DNA of 64,000 nt from Candidatus Marinacidobacterales bacterium (GTDB taxonomy: Bacteria; Acidobacteriota; Vicinamibacteria; Marinacidobacterales; DATDRI01): assembly GCA_965226495.1 (NCBI GenBank), contig OZ245365.1, positions 1,728,001 through 1,792,000 on the forward strand. The letters are read 5' to 3'. This document shows, in pieces, positions 57,692 to 64,000 of this stretch (positions within the stretch are counted from its first letter, which is position 1; each line of letters starts with the position of its first letter). The notes beneath the pieces are model-generated. The model was not told the DNA's origin. It was given only the letters and a program-made list of their open reading frames with translations, and ran no database searches. The position numbers and the translations under genes were made by a program.

Positions 57692-58621
57692 TTAGATCCT
57701 AACTAGCAATGGGAGAACTTCTCTGTGTCGGCCGGCGAGAGAAAGCCGTGCTGCCTCGATCATCCCGGACAGTCTCATGGCTTCGGCTCTCTCGGCTCCG
57801 CGGTCCAGGGCCTCTTCGACCTCACTGTCGCCGAGTGCGCCGACCGAGGCCGTGACCAATCGGTCCCCGAGATCGCTGTCGGGATCCAGCTCCAGGGCCG
57901 GAACGCGCTCGATGGAAGGATGCTCCGCGTTAACTGCGTTTTCGATGAGCGTTGCCGCGACATCCGCGGCGGTGGCGTTCTTCGCTATGACCGTGACCGA
58001 GTCTGCGACGCCCAGTGACAAGCTACGTCCGCCCTGCCCACTCGTCGCGATGCCACGCACCGGCATGTCAGCCGTGATGGTGATGGCTCCGTCCAGCATC
58101 GTCCCCGTTATTCCCTCTCCCTCCGGGCGTATGGCCGTCAAAACAGGTTGTGCCATGGAGCGAAGTGGCCAGCCGGCGGGTGAGGGTACCGGTTGCGTGA
58201 CGAAGCCGGTTTCGAAACTCCGTCCCGGAGAGAGAAACAGCGCAATATCTCCACCATTGTTCACGTAGGCGCGCTCGAGGTGCCGATCCGCGACCAGTGC
58301 TTCGAGGACCTCTTCCGCGACGGCACCCGCGACCGCCGCCATCGGAGTTACGAAGACATTGCGGTGCGGCCACACCGCGGCAACCATGCGCTTCGCGGTT
58401 GGCCCTTGGACCTGCGGCCGTTGGTCTTCGACTTGTCGGCGCAGTGTGGGGAGTTCTTCTACGAGACCGGGAAGGATCGTTTCGAAACGCTGCCAGGCCT
58501 GAGCGTACGCACCGTCGACGTCCCTAGCATCACCGAATGCCTCGAGAATGAGATCAATCGGTCCATGCTGGAAATGCCATCGGCGTCCATCACGAAGCTT
58601 GGCTCTCTGGGGACCCTGCAT
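57692..58621 (-). CDS. UPF0280 (ApbE-like) family protein
   Basis: QHGPIDL, TPMAAVAGAVA, NNGGDIA, ATSGQGGRSLSLG. Confidence 0.88.
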   Translation of the reverse strand: MQGPQRAKLRDGRRWHFQHGPIDLILEAFGDARDVDGAYAQAWQRFETILPGLVEELPTLRRQVEDQRPQVQGPTAKRMVAAVWPHRNVFVTPMAAVAGAVAEEVLEALVADRHLERAYVNNGGDIALFLSPGRSFETGFVTQPVPSPAGWPLRSMAQPVLTAIRPEGEGITGTMLDGAITITADMPVRGIATSGQGGRSLSLGVADSVTVIAKNATAADVAATLIENAVNAEHPSIERVPALELDPDSDLGDRLVTASVGALGDSEVEEALDRGAERAEAMRLSGMIEAARLSLAGRHREVLPLLVRI

Positions 58622-60147
58622 CTAGTCGTCTTAGTTGGCTTAGTTGGCTTAGTTGGCTTAGTTGGCTTAGTTGGCTTAGTTGGCTTAGTCGGCTCCGTTC
58701 GATTGGGGATGGACCAGGGCCATGGGTTCTTCTCATGCCACTCGGTGACTTTGACTCCCGGCTTGGTAACGACTTCTTCGAGTCTTGTCACGCTGTCCAT
58801 GTGTCCTCCGAGGTCGCGGTAGTCGTCGAGACGGAGCGTGAACTCGATAGGGGAGACGAGCGCCGGAGTCGGCACGTAACCGAAGGAGTTGTCGGGCATC
58901 CGCGCGACGTCGACCATAAACGTGATGCCGCCGCCCGGCCAAACATAAACCGGCGCGCCACCGCACGTGACCCGTGTCAACGCATCCCGTACCGAGCGCG
59001 TCAGCTTGACCGGGTTCTCGGTAACGCCGGCGCGTAGGCTACCTCCCGCTCCCGCCATATAGAGGACGGTGGCCAGGGCTGGCTCGCAATTTTCTCCGAT
59101 ACGCTCCACGACCTTCTTAAGCGGTTCGGGCATCGCCGCAGGAGTCGGCTTCAGGTCGTCATCGAGAACGAAGTACTCGGCGTCTTCTCCCGTCGTCGAG
59201 ACCATGAAGAGACGAAGCCCGGGCCGCGCGACTTTGGGATCGATGTTCTTGATGATGACGAGCGGATCCTGAATGTCCGTTCCGCCCCAACCCGTACCTG
59301 GTTTGGCCACTCGAAAATAGCGGCCGGCGGTCGACTTGTATCCGCGAACACGGATCCCGGCGAGCGGAATGTCGAGAAACCGTCCCGCCTGATGTTCGGT
59401 AAGGACCCCGGTGATGTGATCATCGACCACGATCACCTCGTCTGCGTGCCCGAGCCACTGTTTGGCGAACATGCCGATCGTGGCCGAGCCGCAACCGACA
59501 CGCATGCGCTCTTCCTGGACGTCGTTGATGACCGGCGCTTTCCCCGCCTGGATCGTGAGCTTCGCTCCTTTGTCGACCTCTAGGTCCATCGGTTCTCGAT
59601 TGCAGAGCGCGAGCAACATGTCACAGGTGGCGACGCCCTCTTCCTTGGAACCTCCCGTGAGGTGACGGACCCCACCCAAGGCGAGCATCTGAGAGCCGTA
59701 TTCGGCCGTCGTGACGTGTCCGACCTGCTCTCCCTTGCGCCGGACGGCAGACTGCTCGGGTCCGACGAAACGGTCGGTATCGATCTTCACTTTGACACCG
59801 CAGTAGCTAAAGATGCCTTCGGTCACAACGGTGACCATGTCGACGCCCTCGTGCTCGCTGGACACGATGAAGGGCGCAGGTTTGTAATCGGGGTAGGTGG
59901 TGCCGGTGCCGATTCCCGTTAGGAACTTCGGCGCTTCAGCCAGAAGCTCGCCGTCCCAGTCCCGGGCAAGGAAGGGAACCATCTTGCCCTTATCGTCGAT
60001 CGTTTTCTGAGCCACGACGATCGGATCCGTCCGCGTGAGCACCCCGTCAACGTTGCCGTAGCGGTCGCAAGCGCCGGTGCGGCCGGGCCGGATCCGGCAA
60101 AGAACCGGACACGCATCACAGGTAATGGTCTCTTTGTTGGAGCTCAT
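58459..60147 (-). CDS. 6-hydroxynicotinate reductase-like protein (C-terminus extended through a 9-bp repeat)
   Basis: CDACPVLC...C, TTYPDYKPAPFIV, MRVGCGSATIG, WPGGGI. Confidence 0.82.
   Translation of the reverse strand: MSSNKETITCDACPVLCRIRPGRTGACDRYGNVDGVLTRTDPIVVAQKTIDDKGKMVPFLARDWDGELLAEAPKFLTGIGTGTTYPDYKPAPFIVSSEHEGVDMVTVVTEGIFSYCGVKVKIDTDRFVGPEQSAVRRKGEQVGHVTTAEYGSQMLALGGVRHLTGGSKEEGVATCDMLLALCNREPMDLEVDKGAKLTIQAGKAPVINDVQEERMRVGCGSATIGMFAKQWLGHADEVIVVDDHITGVLTEHQAGRFLDIPLAGIRVRGYKSTAGRYFRVAKPGTGWGGTDIQDPLVIIKNIDPKVARPGLRLFMVSTTGEDAEYFVLDDDLKPTPAAMPEPLKKVVERIGENCEPALATVLYMAGAGGSLRAGVTENPVKLTRSVRDALTRVTCGGAPVYVWPGGGITFMVDVARMPDNSFGYVPTPALVSPIEFTLRLDDYRDLGGHMDSVTRLEEVVTKPGVKVTEWHEKNPWPWSIPNRTEPTKPTKPTKPTKPTKPTKPTKTTRCRVPREPSFVMDADGISSMDRLISFSRHSVMLGTSTVRTLRPGSVSKRSFPVS
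58631..58693. repeat. 9-bp tandem repeat (TTAGTTGGC) x7
   Basis: Six perfect copies and one imperfect copy; encodes (TKP)n on the minus strand. Confidence 0.95.
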
Positions 60148-62870
60148 TTCTGTTTGTCCAACAGCGCAGCGCGCACCCGGTCGGGTGTTGCAGGTACACG
60201 AGTGATGCGCACCCCGGTCGCGTGGTGGATCGCGTTCAAGATCGCGGGAGCCGTCGCAACGAGCGCCGGCTCGCCGATCCCCTTGGCACCATAGCTTCCG
60301 AGGGGCTCGTTCTCCTCGATGATGATAGTTTCTATCTTGGGGACGTCGCCGAAGGTGGGGATGAGATAATCGTGCAAGTTCTCGCTTCGTCCGGGGATGT
60401 ATTCCTCCATTAGCGCGAGTCCGATCCCTTGCGCGATGCCGCCGTGCACTTGGCCCTCGACTTGGATCGGGTTGATGGCGCGGCCGACGTCATGTGCGGC
60501 CACCATCCTGAGCACCTTGACCGTTCCTAGCTCGGTGTCGACTTCCAACTCAGCCATTTGAGCGGCAAAACCGTAGGTAGCGTAGGGGATTCCCTGGCCC
60601 TTCTCGTCGAGCGGCGTCGTCGGCGGATTGAAGTAACCCTTGCCCACCAGGACGTCGCCATTTTCCTCTTCGGGAAGCTCGGGCAGGTCGATAACGTGTT
60701 CGGTCTTCCCGTCCCGAACGACGACGCGCGGGCCTTCGAGAGAGATCGTTGCACACCCGCAACTGTTCGTGAGATCTAAGATCTTTCGCCGAAGCGCTTC
60801 GCCCGCGGACTTCGCCGCGTTGCCAGAAACGAACGTTTAGCGCGAGGCCGATGTCTTCCCCGCGTCTTCGGTGAGGTCAGTGTCTCCGACGAGCAAATGG
60901 AATTGCGAGACCGGTACTCCCAAAGCGTCGGCGCAGATTTGAGTCAAGATAGTGCTGGATCCTTGGCCGATGTCGACCGCGCCGTTATAAAGAGTCAGCT
61001 TGCCTTCCCGGTTGAGCGCCACCCGTATGGTGGAAGGATTGGCCATCGCGGTGTTTCCGATGCCGTACCACATGCAGCCGACGCCGACGCCACGTTTGAG
61101 AACGCTGGACCCGCGATTGAAGCGCTCCGTGGCACGCCGGGCGTCACGCCAGCGTGGTCGAAGTCCTTCGAGACACCGCGCGAGTCCTGCGCTGGCTTCG
61201 AGCTTCTGCCCGGTCGCGGTTTCCTGACCGACGCGTATCGCGTTTTTAAGTCGAAACTCCAAGGGATCGATACCGCAATTTTCTGCCAACTCGTCCATCA
61301 GTGTTTCATGGGCGATGGCGGCTTGCGGTACACCGAAGCCGCGGAAGGCGCCCGCCGGGGGCTGGTTGGTAAAGATCGCCCGCGTCGTGGCCTTCATGTT
61401 GGGAACGAAATAGGGTCCGGTGGCGTGGATCGGAACACGCCCCGCCACCGTCGGTCCCCATGACGCATAGGCGCCGGTGTTGAAGTCGCCGTGAAAGCGA
61501 GAGGCGGTTAGAACGCCGTTTCGTTTACAGGCGAATCGCGCCGTCATTCGCGAAGGATGGCGCTTGGTCGTCGAAGTCATAGATTCGGGACGGGTGTAGA
61601 TGGCGCGGACCGGTCGATCGAGAACCCAGGATGCGCATGCGATCAGTGGCTGCACCGCCATGTCGAGCTTACCGCCGAATCCACCACCGCAGGCGGTGGG
61701 GATGATGCGTACCTGTTCCGGTTCAAGGCCAAGGACCAGAGCGACTTCGTTTCGATCCATGTAAGGCGTTTGGGTCGATACCGTGACCTCGATCCGATCT
61801 TGGACACGCCGTGCCCATCCGGCCTCGGGCTCGATGTAGGCGTGCTCAATGAAGGGAGTTTCGAACGTCCCCTCGGCCGTGACTTCACCCTCTTCGAGCC
61901 CGGCAACTGCGTTCCCGCGCTCGACCAAACCGCTGACCAGGATGTTGTCAGGCTTGTCGGAATGGAGAGCTGGAGCACCCTTGGCGAGGGCTGCATCGAT
62001 TCCGAGGAGTGGTTCGAGCGGCTCCCACTCGATGGGGAGGTCCTCGTCACGAATTGAAAGGACCGTCTCGCGATCCCCGATCAATGCGGCCACTGCTTCG
62101 CCACGAAATCGTACTTCGCCATCGGCGAGGACCGGTTGGTCTTTGATATGAGGATAGATTCCGAATCCGTTGTGGCCCGGAATGTCCGCGGCCGTCATGA
62201 CCTTCTCGAGGCCCGGATACTTGGCGTGTAAAGAGTCGAACCGACCGAGGCGAAAACGCGCCCGCGCGTGGATCGAGCGGATCGCTCGCAGCCACAAGGC
62301 ATCGGCGGGCGCTGAGTCGGCACCATAGGCGGCCGCTCCCGTGATTCGCTCGAGGCCGTCCACCTTAGGAATGCGTGCGCCGACGGACTTCTCGGGCGAC
62401 GATTCCTGAACGTGCGCCGGCGTCGTGGCGAGCACCGCCTCCACGATCTTCTGGTAACCCGTGCAGCGGCAGAGCACGCCACCGAGAGCATCTTCGACGT
62501 CCAGTTTCGAAGGACTGGATTTTCGGCGCAGCAGATCGTCGGCGGCCATCAACATGCCGGGTGTGCAGATACCGCATTGCGCCGCTCCATGCCTGTGGAA
62601 GGACTCTTGAAGGGGGCTCAAGCGACCGTTCTCGGCAAGCCCCTCCACGGTCACGACCCGGCGACCCGCCGTCTGTCCGACCGGAACCAGACAGGAGCAG
62701 ACCTGCTCGTCATCTAAAAGAACTGTGCAGGCGCCACAGTCTCCCGCATCGCAACCGATCTTCGTCCCGGTCAGTCCGAGCTCGTCTCTCAACATATATG
62801 CGAGCCGCTGTATGGGGTTGGAGGTCACCGTGACCGCGCGGCTGTTGACGGTGAGGGAGATCGCGGCCAC
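60144..62870 (-). pseudogene. Xanthine/nicotinate dehydrogenase family 2Fe-2S plus Mo-binding subunit with in-frame TAA at 60837-60839
   Basis: GCDAGDCGAC, QCGICTPG, CRCTGY, GGGFGGK, AFRGFG, ASR*TFVSG, KGIGE; both parts in the same frame. Confidence 0.85.
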
Positions 62871-62905
62871 GGTCTTTTTCGTCTCCTTCGTTTCCTTCGT
62901 TTCCT

Positions 62906-63746
62906 TCAGGGGGCGCCTCCGAGCTCGTTGAGCGTTCGCCGAACGAGAGTCAGCGCGGCATCGTTTCGATACGCCGCGCTACCGCGCACGTCGTCGATGG
63001 GCGAAAGTGAAGACAAGTGGTGGGCGCCGGTAACTTCACCTAGTTTGGCGTCGAGCGCTCGCCCCACGAGCTCTCGTTCGAGCTCCTTCAATCTTTGGGC
63101 GACGACCGAGCACGAACCGACGGCGATCCGGGCGGCCGCTACGGTTTCGGATTCGAGTTCCACCACGGCGGCGACCATGACGATCGAGATGACGAGATAC
63201 CTACGTGCACCCAACTTGAGGAAGTGCGCGCGGGCGGGTTGTTTCGGCCTCGGGACCTTCAAACCAGTGACAAGCTCGTCCGATTCGAGCGCCGTCTGGC
63301 GATTGCCGGTGACAAAGGCTTCGATGGGTACGGAGCGCTCGCCGCGCGCGGAAGCGATTTGGACTTCAGCTTCGAGCGTCATGAGGTTCGGGACGCCATC
63401 GGCCGCCGGAGAGGCATTACAGATGTTGCCGCAGAGGGTCCCCGCGTTTTGGATCTGAACGCCACCTATCTCGCGTGCCGCCAGCGCGAGGCCGTCGAAC
63501 CAGGAGGGAAGGGGCTTTCGCAGGAGGTCGGTCCAGGTGGTGAGGGAACCAATGTAATAATGGTCGTCCCTCTCCTCTATGGCTCTGAGCCCCGAGATCG
63601 CCGGTGATGTCCAGGACCTTCTCATCGAGCGGTTTGCCAACCCGGGCGGGATAGAAGTCGGTTCCCCCGGCAACGATCACTCGCTTCTCGGCACTCAACG
63701 CTCCGAGCGCCTCTGATAGTTCCGCTGGCCGTAGATAGCTCGTCAT
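62906..63746 (-). pseudogene. XDH-family FAD-binding subunit, frameshifted near 63600
   Basis: MTSYLRP...AGGTD in one frame; IQNAGTLCGNICNASPAAD...PIDDVRGSAAYR in another. Confidence 0.85.
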
Positions 63747-63812
63747 ATCTCCCAAAATCAACGCTTTGGAGGTAAATCTATGCCCAAAGCGATCGGGATT
63801 CAAGGAAGGCCT

Positions 63813-64000
63813 ATGAAGTCACGCGTCCTTCTATTAGACTCCTTGCGGAATATGGCCCGTACCGTCCCCATCCGACGCAGTCTGCTCGCTAATCTCGTGA
63901 TCATCGTGCTCCTGCTGGGAGGAGCGATCCTTTCCCTCACTTACCTGGGTAGCCAGCGGGCCGTGCGCCGGTTCTCAGAGTCTCTCATCGAACAGACGGT
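63813..64000 (+). CDS. 5' part of a membrane-anchored, probably sensory, protein
   Basis: Open frame to the window end with an N-terminal TM helix. Confidence 0.5.
   Translation, partial: MKSRVLLLDSLRNMARTVPIRRSLLANLVIIVLLLGGAILSLTYLGSQRAVRRFSESLIEQT

Noticed and set aside
60837-60839. Recoding (Sec/Pyl) in the Mo-hydroxylase
   Set aside because: The stop is TAA at a position where Gln (CAA) is expected; mutation or error is simpler
1-64000. Integron integrase, CRISPR array/cas genes, tRNA, rRNA
   Set aside because: No tyrosine-recombinase motifs, no regular repeat-spacer array and no RNA gene signatures were seen

Overview
GC-rich bacterial DNA. An Acidobacteriota-like host is inferred from the gene content, not proven. 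(1) About 1-19.5 kb is an integron gene-cassette array. It has 11 clear and 4 degenerate attC sites, all cassette genes on the + strand, a HigBA-type toxin-antitoxin cassette, and three IS elements (IS256, IS481, IS30) in the opposite orientation. No intI or attI is in the window, and the attC sites erode towards the right. (2) About 19.5-35 kb holds co-oriented small accessory genes, gene fragments and a REP/MITE-like nested palindrome. (3) 35-39.8 kb is a NAD-linked formate dehydrogenase operon whose catalytic gene reads through an in-frame TGA followed by a SECIS-like hairpin (selenocysteine); its N-terminal Fe-S module is split off as a separate downstream gene. (4) 39.9-55.4 kb holds a metallophosphoesterase, a Tat-signal SelA-like PLP enzyme, hydantoinase A/B, an M14 peptidase with degenerate active site and two amidohydrolases. 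(5) 55.4-57.1 kb is a SatD (cyclase-like plus HTH) and DUF3307-like membrane gene pair behind a near-consensus promoter covered by four palindromic operator-like boxes; this is the best candidate for an uncharacterised system. (6) 57.1-63.7 kb is a nicotinate-catabolism-like cluster with several frameshifts or stops. All protein family calls are from motif recognition by eye; no database searches were run.
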